Positions 16,860 through 28,912 of a stretch of 64,000 nt of DNA are shown here, piece after piece (the stretch's first letter is position 1; the number at the start of each line of letters is the position of its first letter). Position numbers and translations under genes: made by a program. Origin of the DNA: Eledone cirrhosa (taxonomy: Eukaryota). The notes under the pieces are model-generated. The model saw nothing but the letters and a program-made list of their open reading frames with translations, was not told the origin of the DNA and ran no database searches. The stretch is from NCBI GenBank assembly GCA_964016885.1, contig OZ024749.1, forward strand, positions 54,250,001-54,314,000, read 5' to 3'.

Positions 16860-17210
16860 AGGTTGATGGTGGTGATGGTGGTAATGGTGATAGTGGTGGT
16901 GGTGGTGGTGATGGTGGTAATGGTGATAGTGGTGGTGGTAATAGTGATAGTGGTGGTGATGGTAGAGATGGTGGTGATGGTAGGGGTGGTGATAGTGGTG
17001 GTTATCGTGGTAATGATTATGGTAGAGATGGTGGTGATGGTAGGGATGGTGATAGTGGTGGTGGTGGTGGTGATGGTGGTAATGGTGATAGTGGTGGTGG
17101 TAATAGTGATAGTGGTGGTGATGGTAGAGATGGTGGTGATGGTGGTGGTTATCGTGGTAATGATTATGGTAGAGATGGTGGTGATGGTAGGGATGGTGGT
17201 GGTGGTTGTA
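16860..17210. repeat. Degenerate (GGT/GAT)n trinucleotide repeat with a higher-order duplication
   Basis: Directly visible. Explains the Gly-rich and His-rich ORFs. Confidence 0.93.
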
Positions 17211-17787
17211 GCTTAGGGATGAACGCATCGGTTGTTCGTTTTTTGATTTTGTTCTTTTTAACCGTTTTCCTGTCGCATTTGAAAAGAGGATATTAGCCCT
17301 GAAATATATTACTTTGTTTTGTTTGTCATCATTTGCAACTTTATATATTTCTAACACATTGTACCGGCTTTCTGATACTTAGCTGCCACATATATATATA
17401 TATAAGGAGAGAGAGATAAACATATTCATACATACATAGAAGCAAACGACCTCTTAAAACCAATTCTATGAACTAAGAAAGATAAAAGTCTTTGGTGTTT
17501 TGTCACCATAAACATTGGATAGTATATGACACCATTTCAATTTCAGATAATTAAATAACAACCCGAATAACTGGACCATTAGTTGAATTTAGGGCATGTT
17601 ATCAGGGTGTTAACAAGAACCTTTGTTTAAATATATCAACAAAAACACGACTGACTTATTTATACACATATCTACGCCCATGTAACAATTTAGTTCTGTT
17701 TGTGTTTTAAGGGTCTGTATATCTGTGTGTGTATACATTTTACATATATACATACACATATATATATATACGTATATATTTATATAT

Positions 17788-17885
<98 letters not shown>

Positions 17886-18239
17886 TTCTTTTTATTTGCT
17901 TCGTTTTATTTTTTAGTTTATCATTTTATATTTTTTTTATTTTTTGGAGGGTGTTGATAAACATAACACTACAGAGACATCTAGTGTTTTGTAATGTTGT
18001 TGATATTCTTGTTATGGTGTTTATTAGTGTTTATTATTGTTTTGGTGTGTTTGTCTTTTGTTTCTTCTTTTCAGTTTGCCTGATCCAGGACAGGTTTTAT
18101 CAACGAGTCGTTCTAGACGTAATATTCTGGTCATTTGAGGTGGCGTCTAGGAATGCACTAATGGGATCGGGAATCTTTTAAAGACTTTGTTTTGGGTGTG
18201 TTTTGAAGGAGATTTGGCTGCTGTTGTTGACGGAGAGGG

Positions 18240-19263
18240 AGTGAGGTGAGGTGAATGTCAGTAGGTAGAGATCGTGACCAATTAGCAAGTTCAGAGACAC
18301 AGAAACTGTTCTGTTAAGAAACTAAGGGACTAAAGACTATACTGCATGAATTACACTGTGTTAACATTCCTAATAATTTATTACAAACGACATTTATATC
18401 TGAAGATGCCACAGGAAAATGTGTGACAAAAGATATATCATGGTAGAACCCATTACAAAAGGGAACATAGAACCTATTGCACATACTGTGCAACAGCTGC
18501 ACTGACAATTCCTCTGCAACTATTTTAACCTTAGTTTCTGGCCAGATGTATAGGCTTGGATACAACGACCTTCCATCAGAATTTTATTTAAAATATATAA
18601 AGTTATGCCCCAAACACCAGTGTAAATACAAAACCACTTCAAATTCTTCAGTATCATAAGTAGTATTAGCAAAAATTGGCTGGACAGGTTTTAAGAGGCA
18701 GGAGCCAACGGGGGACCCATGGAAAGACCCCGAGCAAGATCGTTGGATAACATCCATGAGCTTGGCTGGTCTCGCTTGGGATTCCAGCGGGATCAGTTGG
18801 AGACTTCTTTCTTTCTGTCAGAAGTAACAAAGAAAAAAAGAAAAAAGAAAAAAAGAAAGAAAAGAAAGAAAAGAAATAAAAAAAGAAAAGAAAAGAAATA
18901 AAAAAAGAAAAGAAAAGAAAAAAAGAAGAATAAAGAAAAAAGAAAAAAGAAAAGAAAAAAAGAAAAAAGAAAAGAAAGGAAAAAGGAAAAAGAAAAGAAA
19001 AAAAGGAAAAAGGAAAAGGAAAAGGAAAAAGAAAAAGGAAAAATAAAAGAAAAAAAAATAAAGAAAAAAAGAAAGCAAAGAAAAAAGGAAAGAAAAAAGA
19101 AAGAAAAAGAAAAAGAAGAAGCAGCAGCAGTTTCTGTAAAAATCTAGTTAGTAATGTGTTAAATTTCCAAAGAGAAGGAAAGTTTAAATATTTCGATATA
19201 GCAGAAGAGATCTCCATTAAAACTAAGTTATACCAGATCTCAGCCATAACCAACGATATATTC
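18240..19263 (-). pseudogene. Pseudo-exon interrupted by an RTE insertion
   Basis: Acceptor ctctttctag. Reads EYIVGYG*DLV*LSFNGDLFCYIEIF...TETAA[insert 18672-19123]ANTTYDTEEFEVVLYL...SLYPSLYIWP...NSFCVSELANWSRSLP in one frame once the insert is removed. Compare recalled [41 protein letters not shown] and DFCPFSVMRLRSLP. Confidence 0.65.
18672..19123 (+). mobile_element. 5'-truncated RTE-type LINE 3' fragment with a (GAAAA)-rich tail
   Basis: RPRARSLDNIHELGWSRLG resembles the RTE C-terminal GRPR.RW.D motif. About 290-bp purine tail. AGCA at both ends (18668-18671, 19120-19123). Confidence 0.7.
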
Positions 19264-19403
19264 CTAGAAAGAGTAATACATATTTACTTCAACTGTAACA
19301 CAACGAAATTTGCATAAATTTGCATAATAAATTTCTAGGTAATCGCTGAATCAAGAGTAAACATTTTATTCCCTGGTAAAAGTTAAATCAATTTTTCCAT
19401 TAC

Positions 19404-19493
19404 AGTTTCAGACATTAGGAATTGTAGCTTGATGGTCAGCAGGAGCAGGCCACTTCAAAGGACATCATTTGCATAGCTTTCACATATCATTGC
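19404..19493 (-). pseudogene. Pseudo-exon, 90 nt, phase 0-0
   Basis: tattttctag|AMICESYANDVL*SGLLLLTIKLQFLMSET|gtaatg. Confidence 0.55.
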
Positions 19494-19759
19494 CTAGAAA
19501 ATACATCGTTACTTCATGGAAATTTGTGAACTGATTCTAAAAGCAATCTCTCTCTCTCTCTCTCTGTCTTTGTGTGTGTCTCTCTCTCTGTCTTTGTGTG
19601 TCTCTTTCTCTCTAGAACTAACTGTCCTATAGCTTATAATATTCCTATATCTTTTTCGTTTTTTGTTGTTTTATTTTGTTTTGTTTTTTTCACCTTTTTC
19701 TTATTTTCCTCGTTCACAATCAGAATATTAGTAACCAATGTCATTCGTCGCCAGTTGAA

Positions 19760-19930
19760 TAATAATGATAATAGTAATAATAATGATGAAGATGGTGATG
19801 ATAATGTTGATGATGGTGATGATGATGATTATGGTGATGATGGTGATAATGATGATGATGATGGTGATGATGATAATGATGATGGTGATGGTGGTGATAA
19901 TGATGGTGATGATGATGATTACGATGATTA
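19760..19930. repeat. (GAT)n-rich trinucleotide repeat
   Basis: Directly visible. Confidence 0.93.
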
Positions 19931-20154
19931 TCAGACAGCAGTTATTTCTGTTTCCTTTTCAGAAGAGTTCTTTGAAGGGGTAATATTTTGTAATATTTTT
20001 CGCTGGCTTTTAACTCGCACCTGGAGTAAAGCTTAATTTGGTCGTCTTTGAAGGAAATGAAAGAATATATATATTCTGTAAAAACAGAAACTAAAAGCAG
20101 AAGAGAAACAAAAACAAAACAATAATAAATTCAAATCAAAGATTGGTATCTTAC

Positions 20155-20295
20155 TTCAAATAATAATTCTTCATTCTCCCCAATAAAGGTTTCATAAGTA
20201 AGTTTATACAACTCTAAATTCTTCAACACCTTTGAAGTAATGGTTGCGATATAAAAGACTTCCAGCAACTGGTCTCCAATACCAATATGAAAAAA
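20155..20295 (-). pseudogene. Pseudo-exon, 141 nt, phase 0-0, open
   Basis: T-rich tract then tgcag|FFHIGIGDQLLEVFYIATITSKVLKNLELYKLTYETFIGENEELLFE|gtaaga. Confidence 0.65.
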
Positions 20296-20409
20296 CTGCA
20301 ATTCTTTATATGCGAAAAATAAAAATGATAGAAAATAAAATAGAAAAAAAAATGAAAAAGAAAATAAAAAAGAAAGAAAATGTTACGAAGAACATAAAGA
20401 CAAAACTTA

Positions 20410-20714
20410 GATCTTTGCAATAAGTAAAAGAATTCCTTTGTTGTGAGTCTCAAAGGAGCTAAATGAAATCTGATTATAAAGTAGCAAGCTTGTTAGTCTG
20501 CTAGATACTTCGGAAATCTATTTGCTCCACGAAAATAAGAACGAGATGTAAAGAATGTGAAAACCTATGAAATCTATTCCGGAAACTGCGAAAACATGAA
20601 GACACTTTAGTAATTCTGTAATTCTGTTATTCTGCTTATTGTGGTAATGATATAAATAGTGCAGTGGGTGAAGAACTCAATATGGACAGTATTAACGGTA
20701 GGATTTCGATTTCT
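20410..20714 (-). pseudogene. Probable pseudo-exon (3' boundary uncertain)
   Basis: Acceptor caccgcag. Frame with four stops, including VFMFSQFPE*I (compare recalled LELLYHIPEFI). Confidence 0.4.
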
Positions 20715-20839
20715 CTGCGGTGTAAGTTGAAAATATGCAACGGTAACTTTTATATTTTATCAACACCTCTTTAATCTATATAGATGAGCGTATGTTTTAG
20801 AAACGTTGAGCAAAATTTGAAATTTATGATAAAGTTAGA

Positions 20840-21000
20840 AGGGTCATCGATGGTTTCTGTGGCATGAAGCGACTGGGAGTACAAGAGTCCCCCCTGGACA
20901 GGACACCAGTCTATCGCAGTGTTAAACCTCCAACTATTGCTGGTTCTCATTTTTAGCTGAGTAAACTGAAGCAATGTGAAATGAAATGTTTTGCTCATAT
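20840..21000 (-). mobile_element. SINE family B
   Basis: GAGCAAAACATTTCATTTCAC...GACTGGTGTCCTGTCCAGGGG...GTCGCTTCATGCCACAGAAACC. Related pieces at 6480-6570, 42750-42830, 50690-50830 and 58285-58400. Confidence 0.75.
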
Positions 21001-21428
21001 TTAAATATTACTAAAATATTTATTAGAATACGTTTTATATGTATGACAAATCATAAATTATTGAAAGAAAAACGCCGGCAGCTTTCCTAAAATTTAATTT
21101 GTGTATCCGTTACGTTATATGATATACAGATGTGTGTTTGTTTGAATGTGTGTGTTAGTGTATGTGAATGTTAGTGTGTGTGTGTGCATGTGTCTGTATG
21201 TGTATAAAACAAACATGAATAAACTAGAATTGTAATATAGAATAAATCAGCAGTTTAACGATTTCAATTAATTCTTCTGTTGAAAGATGAAACAAAGGTC
21301 ATGGAGTGTAATGTTATGCTAAATATATACGGAAATGGAAAAACAAACGGCTTTTTGTTTTTACTTGTGGTAAATGCAATTCTAAGAAAAATTGAATTAA
21401 TATTTACAGAAGTTGATATACTTTCTAC

Positions 21429-21467
<39 letters not shown>

Positions 21468-21940
21468 TTATATATATATATATACAAAAATCTATATTTC
21501 TATTTCATTAAAATTTAACTTTTGAAATATAAGCAGAAATTTAATATCAAATGTTAGTTTGTTTGTGTTTTTTGTGTGGGCGTTTGTAGAATAAGGACAA
21601 ATCAATAATATGTATGTGTGTGTGTATAAATATATATATGTGTGTGTGTGTGAGTGAGTGTCTGTGTGTGTATTTATACGTATATGTACGTAAATATGTG
21701 TGTATGTGTCTCTGTGTTAATTAAATGCTGCTATTGATACCAATATGGTGAACGTTAAAACAAATGTTATTTAATAATAAAAAGATAGCAGAAAGTTATG
21801 AGATCAAAAGAACCTATTGAACCTGATTATATTCGACTATAAGTGAGAGTAGATAACTGTGAGGTAACATTGGTGTGGATAGATATGGTTTAGAAAACTA
21901 GCTTAGAATTTTAAACAACAAATTAAACAAACGCCTTATA

Positions 21941-22233
21941 CGTGGGTTCGCTGAAATTGTCATAGGCTGACCAAGATACTCTCATGGAATGACCATAGGC
22001 TGACCAAGACACTCTCGTGGAATGACCATAGGCTGAATAAGATACTCTTATGGAATGGCGATAGGTTGACCAAGATACTAATGGAATGACCAAATTTATG
22101 ATAAAGTTAGAAGGGTCATCGACGGTTTCTGTGGCGTTAAGCAACTGAGAGTACAAGACTGCCCCTGAACAGGGCACTTGGTCATTTCATGGGAGTATCT
22201 TGGTCGGCCTATGGACATTTCAGCCGAGCCTCA
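21941..22233. mobile_element. mariner-type MITE with a tandemly expanded end and captured local DNA
   Basis: TA-flanked TIRs. About four copies of a 33-bp unit (CATAGGCTGACCAAGATACTCTCATGGAATGAC). 22092-22177 duplicates about 20820-20905. Solo ends at about 10590-10655 and 52156-52185. Confidence 0.8.
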
Positions 22234-23214
22234 TACAGTGTTGTGTTATATCTGTAATATGAATGTGTATAAAATGCATGTTGTTTCATGGAACAATTCA
22301 GCACATTTTCAGATAATGTTACTATTTAATCGATCAATAAACTTAGAAATCTTGAAATAACATTCTTAACATAGATGATGTATCAGTAATATATGTGCGT
22401 GTAAACTAAATGTTATAACACAGCAATTTAAAATATAATAAAACAATGCTGTTATTTAATCAATAAACTAACATATGTTAAAATATTATTATTTACAACT
22501 TTATGTCAATCTGTATACGTGTAGACTTCGTGCTGTTATTTAAACCAATTTGATATATGTTGAAACAATTACATTATTTAACTAAATCACTTAAAGAAGG
22601 CACATGTTTGCATTCTTCTTTTTTTATAATGGAAACATTTGAATATAAACTAGAATATAAATTTTTAAACGGTAACATTAAAGTGAACGAAAAGTACGTA
22701 AAAATTTACAAAATGGCGAAAGTAGTAATATAAAAGATGTTACAAGTTTTCAATGAGAATGTACATATAATGTATATATAATGTATATAAAATGTATATA
22801 AAATGCATATAAAATGTATATAAAATTATATAATTTGAAATGATTATTGTGTATGAGAAGATAAAGTCAATTAAAACTAGTGGTAGTAAAAAGTTGTAAT
22901 AAAGATGGCTGCTATATAATATGATTTTAATGGCGCTTAATACATTGATTGCTTAATGTGAATTTATAGGTTATAAATTCAATAATTAAATATAATTAAT
23001 AAATAGGAAGTACAATAATTAAATCTAAGTTTAAATAAATATATCAACAAGAGTTCTATATTTGAGTTTATGTGTTGCTATTGTGTAGATTCTTTGGTAT
23101 ATTTTTATTACAAAGTAGGAAAGTTATAATGAGGAAGATAGCAATTGATGTTAGTGAAAATATAATATGGCAGTTTGTAGCAATGGACATTATGGTGTTT
23201 GTATATTTTATCTG

Positions 23215-23440
23215 AAGGTAGCGAGTTGTCAGAGTCGTTAGAATGTCTGATAAAATGCTCTGCGGTAATCGTTTCAGCTCTCAGCATTCTGAGTTCAACT
23301 TTGCCTTTCATCCACGCGAGGTACCAGTCTAGTACTGGGATCGATTCTTCCTCTATATCTCTTTCTCACTTTCTATCCTTCTCCAGAAGAAATCTGCTGT
23401 ACTCAGACCTGGAGAGGAGATGGGTTTTGCCAGGTTTAGG
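23215..23440 (+). mobile_element. SINE family A with an alternative tail
   Basis: tRNA-like head, core, and tail as in 9720-9985. Confidence 0.8.
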
Positions 23441-23801
23441 AACATTTCGGGTGACATACGACCTTCAGGAACGAATTAAGTTTCTATCTATTTAGCAACT
23501 AATCATCAACCGATGTTTTGTACAGGCGTGTACATATATTATAAGACTCCATTCCAACTAGAAAATGTCGTTTCTCAATACAATATTCATTGACACTGAT
23601 AGATCTTATGAATTATTAGAAGAAAGAATTATTTGAACTATCGGATTATTTGAAAACTCAGGTAAAGAAAAGACTGTTGCTTTATCGAATTATGAAGCGA
23701 AAGTTTATGCAAGCTTTGTAGCAAAAATGTTATGGAGAATAAATGTAAGAAATATATTGAAGAAAGAGAGAAGACGAGGATAAAGATTTAGATATTAAAA
23801 C

Positions 23802-24070
23802 TTTGTGCTCTTATCTTCAATGCTTAGCGAGTAGAATCCGTTCTTTTAGAGTTGTGTTAGGTTGTTCACTGACGGAATCCATTATAGTTTTGAAACGATA
23901 CTAGAATATTGATGGTCAACAGTTTCTGTCAACGCAACAACTTCCAGTTATCTTCTATGTCTGTGAATGTTATATGTGGCAAGAGAAGGATCACAATATA
24001 TGTCTGATAGTTATGTTATTGACCCTGTTCCAGCGTAGACAAGTTTATAAGCCGAATCTTTTCTGACGTT
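23802..24070 (-). pseudogene. Pseudo-exon (donor uncertain)
   Basis: NVRKDSAYKLVYAGTGSIT*LSDIYCDPS...R*LEVVALTETVDH, with four TAA stops. Compare recalled [24 protein letters not shown]...YIMALTTGKH. Confidence 0.6.
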
Positions 24071-24211
24071 CTTTAAACTAACTTTAAAAACTAAATGCAA
24101 AATGACAGAAACCGAGGCAGCTGGTTCGATAGTTTTACTACAGTCAAAGATATCTTAACGATTTTACATATGCACACTGTATACGTTAAGACAATATCGT
24201 AATCTCTTTAC

Positions 24212-24324
24212 TGTAGCTGTGTACTTGACAATGAATGGCTTCAATGTCTGCCACTTTATTTTGAGAAAGATAATTTCATTTGATGTCTTTCCATCAACAG
24301 TGTTTCTTCTACAGAAGATAGTTA
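24212..24324 (-). pseudogene. Pseudo-exon, 113 nt, phase 1-0, open
   Basis: ttttcttttcaag|(V)TIFCRRNTVDGKTSNEIIFLKIKWQTLKPFIVKYTAT|gtaaag. Compare recalled [29 protein letters not shown]. Confidence 0.6.
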
Positions 24325-24474
24325 CTTGAAAAGAAAATAGGAAAAGTATACAATTGATGTAAAATACACTCACATTTGGGGCTGGTGTCAATGAAAGGTT
24401 AGACAGTACTTTCTTTAATCTATGAAATACATCTTATTCTCTTTCAATATCTCGCTCACTTTCCAAATCTCTCT

Positions 24475-24515
<41 letters not shown>

Positions 24516-25318
24516 TTATCTAGAAAACGTAAGAAAAATACAATCTTGAACACAAAGACAATTCCCGCTAGTCAGTTGTCTTCTGTGGGTCGCTGATGTT
24601 TCCAAAGCATTAAAGACAATATATCTCACCACGGTACGTTGATAACTAAGAGGAATAGATATCCAGAGAAAAAAAACAAAAAGAAAATACACACGTCGTC
24701 TGTATTTTTTGTGATGAGTCTACTCAATGCTACCTGGCCTAGGGCTAAAATTTAACATCAACTGCAACAACAACAAACACGTTGTACATCAGTTATCACA
24801 CAAACAAAACAAAAAGCTACGTATTCGCTGACAGCTATTAAATGCGGCGTTTGTATATATAAATGATATATCAACAGTTTTGTGTGGAATATAAACAGAG
24901 AAGACGGCAGCCAATAAACTCTGCTGAAGAGAACTAAGAAGAACAACAGTAACGAAGCTAAAGGAATATTTTAGTTGCGGTTAAGCGTGTTAAAATTTAT
25001 ACCACAACTATTTTACGACTGTTGTACTTAGATTAAGAAAGAAATATTTATCTATATCATAACGAGATAACCCAAAACCTTCCTTGTTTGTCGTATAGGA
25101 TTTCACTATACTAATTCTGTAAGTGTAAATAAGCTACTGTGACTAACGTTTCTGCAACGACTACTATGTGTGTGTGTATATATATATATATGTGTGTGAG
25201 TGTGTGTGTGTGTGTGCGTCTGTATGTATGTATAAATATATATATATGTGTGTGTGTGCACGCGCAAACTTATAGTCAGGCTGCATATTACCGTTTAGCC
25301 ATTACATCACATGTACAG

Positions 25319-25711
25319 TAGGGTGGCCCTTATTTTTCAACTTTCTAAACGTTTAGCTCCCACCCCACCTATCTTGTTCCAATTAACAAAAAAAAACAAT
25401 TTACGCAAAACTGTAGTTCAAGCGAACAACTGCCAGGCGACCCTCATCGACCGTGAAATGTTGAAGTTTTCACCCGGAAAGTCATTTTTTCAGATAAACA
25501 TTTTTTATCTCTTATATAATTTTCTCTTAAATTAAAAACTTGTTCGGACATATTCTTGGTATGAGAAGGATAAGTGACAATAAATATAATGGGTAAGGCA
25601 ACTTGCAAAGCTGGGGACAGACCGCAGGTATAGGGCAAACACCTATTTTTCGCTGTGGGAGCAGCAACACTTTAACTTTCGGAAAATTACCTATTGCTAA
25701 GGGCCACCCTA
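25319..25711. mobile_element. Non-autonomous DNA transposon with 14-bp TIRs
   Basis: TAGGGTGGCCCTTA ... TAAGGGCCACCCTA. The right end recurs at about 27310-27364. Superfamily unresolved; the flanking 8-mers match 6/8. Confidence 0.8.
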
Positions 25712-25934
25712 ATATACATATATCCGTGTGTGGTTGACAGCTGACTGAAATGAGTACTTGGTATTGAGTAATATAGATAGATATGATATGATATGATATG
25801 ATATGATATGATACATACATATATATATATATATATACCTAAGAAGAGTATATATATATATATATATATACTCTTCTTACTATCCTTGGTTGCATATTTC
25901 TTCTTGCTCCCCTTTTCTCATTGTATTTGTATAT

Positions 25935-26315
25935 AAACAAGGAGAAAAAGGAGAGCAAGGAGAGGAAGGAGAAAAGGGGCAATGAGAGCAAGGAGACGAA
26001 GGAGAAAAAGAGAGCAAGGAGAGCAATGAGAAAAGGAGAAAAGAAGAGCAAGGAGAGCAATGAGAAAAGGAGAGCAAGGAGAAAAGGAGAACAAGGAGAA
26101 CAAGGAGGGCGCTGAGAAAGGGAGAGCAAGGAGAGCAATGAGAAAAGAGAGCAAGGGGGGCACTGAGAAAGGGAGAGCAATGAGAAAAGGAGAGCAAGGA
26201 GGATAATGAGAAAAGGAGAGCAATGAGGGCACTGAGAAAAGGAGAGCAAGGCGAGCAAGGAGAAAAGGAGAGCAATGAGGAAAGGAGAGCAATGAGGAAA
26301 GGAGAGCAAGGAGCG
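25935..26315. repeat. Purine-rich degenerate minisatellite (GAGAAAAGGAGAGCAAT/GGAGAGCAA)
   Basis: Directly visible. Confidence 0.9.
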
Positions 26316-26354
26316 GAGCATATATACATATATCAGTATGTGATTATATATATA

Positions 26355-27069
26355 TCTTCTAGGTTGTCCATCGTAAACGATGACGACATCATCTTTATTG
26401 TTGTTCCTGTCTGCCGTGGGCACGAAGGTGACTGTGGAGGCCGATCCTTGACTTGCAGATCCGGGGACAGTGGAGGTAGGAGAAGGGACCGGAGTCAGAC
26501 TGGCAACTCCCAGGGGCTACCTCCACCTGTTACCTCTGCCTTTTGCCTATCGCCGTGGGGCTTTGGGAGTGCACGCTAAAGAAGAAACCTGTGTGGGAAA
26601 GGTTTATAGTGGGAGGGCCAGTGCACAGTGACGGTCCCACTCACTCGGCCGCAGAAGCCAGAATCCGGTGGTACGGAGGACCGTCACGACCGGGGACTAC
26701 CTTGGCTGCAGTGGATGGCCACGACGTCTGTAGTGCCTTGCCGTGCCCTAGCGCTCCACATTGCTTGCTGTCGCCGCCTTCGTGACCGTTGGGACGATGT
26801 TGTCCTCGTCCACTCACTCTGCCGGGTCCAGTCTTCGCATGCAGGGGCAGGCATCCCCTATCTAACTCACCGGGGGTTTCAGACCCGTCCGGCTACCCTC
26901 AACTTGGTTCAGCCCGCCAGCCAAGGCGGTTTACCGGGGTGTGGCTGCTGTCGCATGCTACAGCTTCTTGGGGCCACAGGTGAGAGCCGAGTATCAGGCT
27001 GTCCTGAAAAGGGCATGGCTAGCCCCCCCCCCCCCTCCTAATGAGGTGCATGCCCCTCCCTGACACCCC
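26355..27069 (-). mobile_element. Bipartite non-autonomous RTE derivative (5'UTR plus 3' terminus, ORF deleted)
   Basis: GC-rich island between (TA)n tracts. 5' HDV-like fold, then a UTR motif shared with 8277-8657. Ends HCPRICKSRIGLHSHLRAHGRQEQQ* followed by a CATCG-TTTA-CGATG hairpin and an AGA tail. Confidence 0.8.
26898..27069 (-). ncRNA. HDV-like ribozyme at the element 5' end
   Basis: P1 GGGGUGU (27069-63)/ACACCCC (26942-36). P3 GGC (26975-73)/GCC (26945-43). L3 starts CCC and can pair with GG (26935-34). P4 CCGCC/GGCGG. J4/2 GCUGAA with C at 26912. Imperfect P2 CUCACCUGU/CCAAGUUGAG. Confidence 0.65.
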
Positions 27070-27446
27070 TTATATATGTATATACAATGTATATATATAC
27101 AATTGCTGGGGTTGCCTGGATGTGTCCACATAAATTTCTCTAAGAAGAAAAAAGAAAATGGTCGAGATAGGGAACAGTATACCACTTTTGAACAGAATTA
27201 ATCGTTGCGTTCCAACTTCAAGGCGTTTGAGGGTCACCTAACAGTTGTTCGATTGAGCTGAAAATTTGCACACCCCTTTCTTTTGTTGATTGAAACAGGA
27301 TTAGGGGATGGGAGCAGCAAAGATTTAACTTTCGGAAAATTACCTATTGCTAAGGGCCACCCTAATATAACAGACATCTAACAATGATATAATGGACTGT
27401 TACAACTGATTGTATTCATTTGGAATATAAAAGAAACTTTACTTAC

Positions 27447-27579
27447 CTTGAGCTTTGTAAATGATAAAACAATATAGAAGAGATACATAGAATATTACAG
27501 CGTTTATAAATAGATTGGGACATGTTTTATTAACGATGGGATATAAATGATAAAATAAATACTGCTGGCGTCTTTAATC
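27447..27579 (-). pseudogene. Pseudo-exon, 133 nt, phase 0-1
   Basis: tattctgtttcag| ... AAG|gtaagt consensus sites. D*RRQQYLFYHLYPIVNKTCPNLFINAVIFY... Phases fit both neighbours. Confidence 0.55.
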
Positions 27580-27789
27580 CTGAAACAGAATATTGAGATG
27601 CGAAACTCAGCATTTCAAATCGATTCTATTTTTGCTAATCAATCAACATGAGGTCCCTAACTTAAATATCTTATTGCTCTACCAACACACACTATCTATG
27701 TATACAAAGTTAATGGAAAGAAACTCCCTATTTGAAATCGAGAATAACTTTATTAATTATTAGTCGATTTTCATAAACATTTTATTTTG

Positions 27790-28140
27790 AAGAATATAAT
27801 TGTTTCTACTTTTGGCACAAGGCCAGCAATTACCCAGTGCATTACTGGTACTTTATTTTATCGACCCCGTAAGGATGAAAGGCAAAGTTAACCTCGGCGG
27901 GATTTGAACTCAGACCGTAAATGGACGTAACTACGCTGGAAAGCATGTCCGACCCTCTACCGATACTACCAAGAATATAATTGTTTCTACTTTTGGCACA
28001 AGGCCAGCAATTACCCAGTGCATTACTGGTACTTTATTTTATCGACCCCGTAAGGATGAAAGGCAAAGTTAACCTCGGCGGGAGGTAACTCTATGCTTCA
28101 TAGCATGGCGCCCGACCCTCTACCGATACTGCCAATCCAC
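27790..28140 (-). mobile_element. Two head-to-tail SINE family A copies
   Basis: About 110 bp identical at about 27790-27902 and 27971-28084. Confidence 0.88.
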
Positions 28141-28149
28141 CAATGGTAG

Positions 28150-28445
28150 ATGTAGTGTTGAACTTTTACAGAGGCTCCAGTGTTGTCCACCAGTGTTTGT
28201 AATCGTTTGGGTAGATCCTTGACTGAGTTCATCAGGAACTCTGGCGGTATGTCGGTCAATATATGATGAATGTGTTCTTCCAATTAAGTTAGAAATTTTG
28301 GTTTTGAACTATAAACTTCTTCTTTCACCCACCACCGCAGGAAAGCATTGCACAGCATGAAGTCAGGGCTGCTTGCTGATCATTCATGTGGCCCTCGACG
28401 ACCCAACCAACATCCTAGAAATTGGACATCTAGCCTCTCACAGAC
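28150..28445 (-). mobile_element. Degraded Tc1/mariner-superfamily transposase C-terminal fragment
   Basis: WLGRRGPHE*SASSPDFMLCNAFLRWWVKE (decayed WPARSPDLTPCDFFLWG), then LEEHI...IPPEFL.NSV...PKRLQ.LV...G..V. Confidence 0.8.
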
Positions 28446-28868
28446 AGTGCAGAGGGACCCTATCTTGCATGAATATGAGGTCATTAAGACCCAAATTAGG
28501 ATTTAACTGCTAGACGAGGTTTTAATGCTTAATTTATAGTATCGGGTTATTTTTGGCAACAAACATCGAACTGAGGCTGGTTGAGGTTTCAATGTGTTTG
28601 ATTATTACTAGGATTAAACTTATCCTGTTATCGCTAAATAACTGAAGAATTATCTTCTGGTGATAACATATAAAAGATAAAATAATAGAAACTACTTATA
28701 GTTTCTCATATCATTAACTATAAAATCTTAGTGATTCACTGATAATATAATTATTTTGTTTTGTTTCCAGAAAGCAACATTTACTGTTGCGGATAAAAAT
28801 ACATTTAATACATTGTCACAGGAACTGAATGAGGAACGGGATAGGGTTAATTGAAAACAACTACTTAC

Positions 28869-28912
28869 CAGGAAACCCGAGAGATGACGTCGATGTTGAC
28901 TCTCAGCATATT
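28869..28912 (-). pseudogene. Pseudo-exon, 44 nt, phase 1-0
   Basis: ttttctaattccag|(E)YAESQHRRHLSGFL|gtaagt, with consensus sites. Compare recalled RFQMNINGFL. Confidence 0.6.

Noticed and set aside
16787-17357. Gly/Asp-rich and His-rich ORFs
   Set aside because: Products of a trinucleotide repeat with no supporting gene structure.
18666-19253. Track ORF of 195 aa (MVMAEIW...)
   Set aside because: Shifted frame of the pseudo-exon read through a low-complexity retroelement tail.
18240-24324. Idea that the stops are repaired by A-to-I editing, giving a functional gene
   Set aside because: Too many stops, many at positions that better fit Gln/Arg codons, and a 452-bp exonic insertion.
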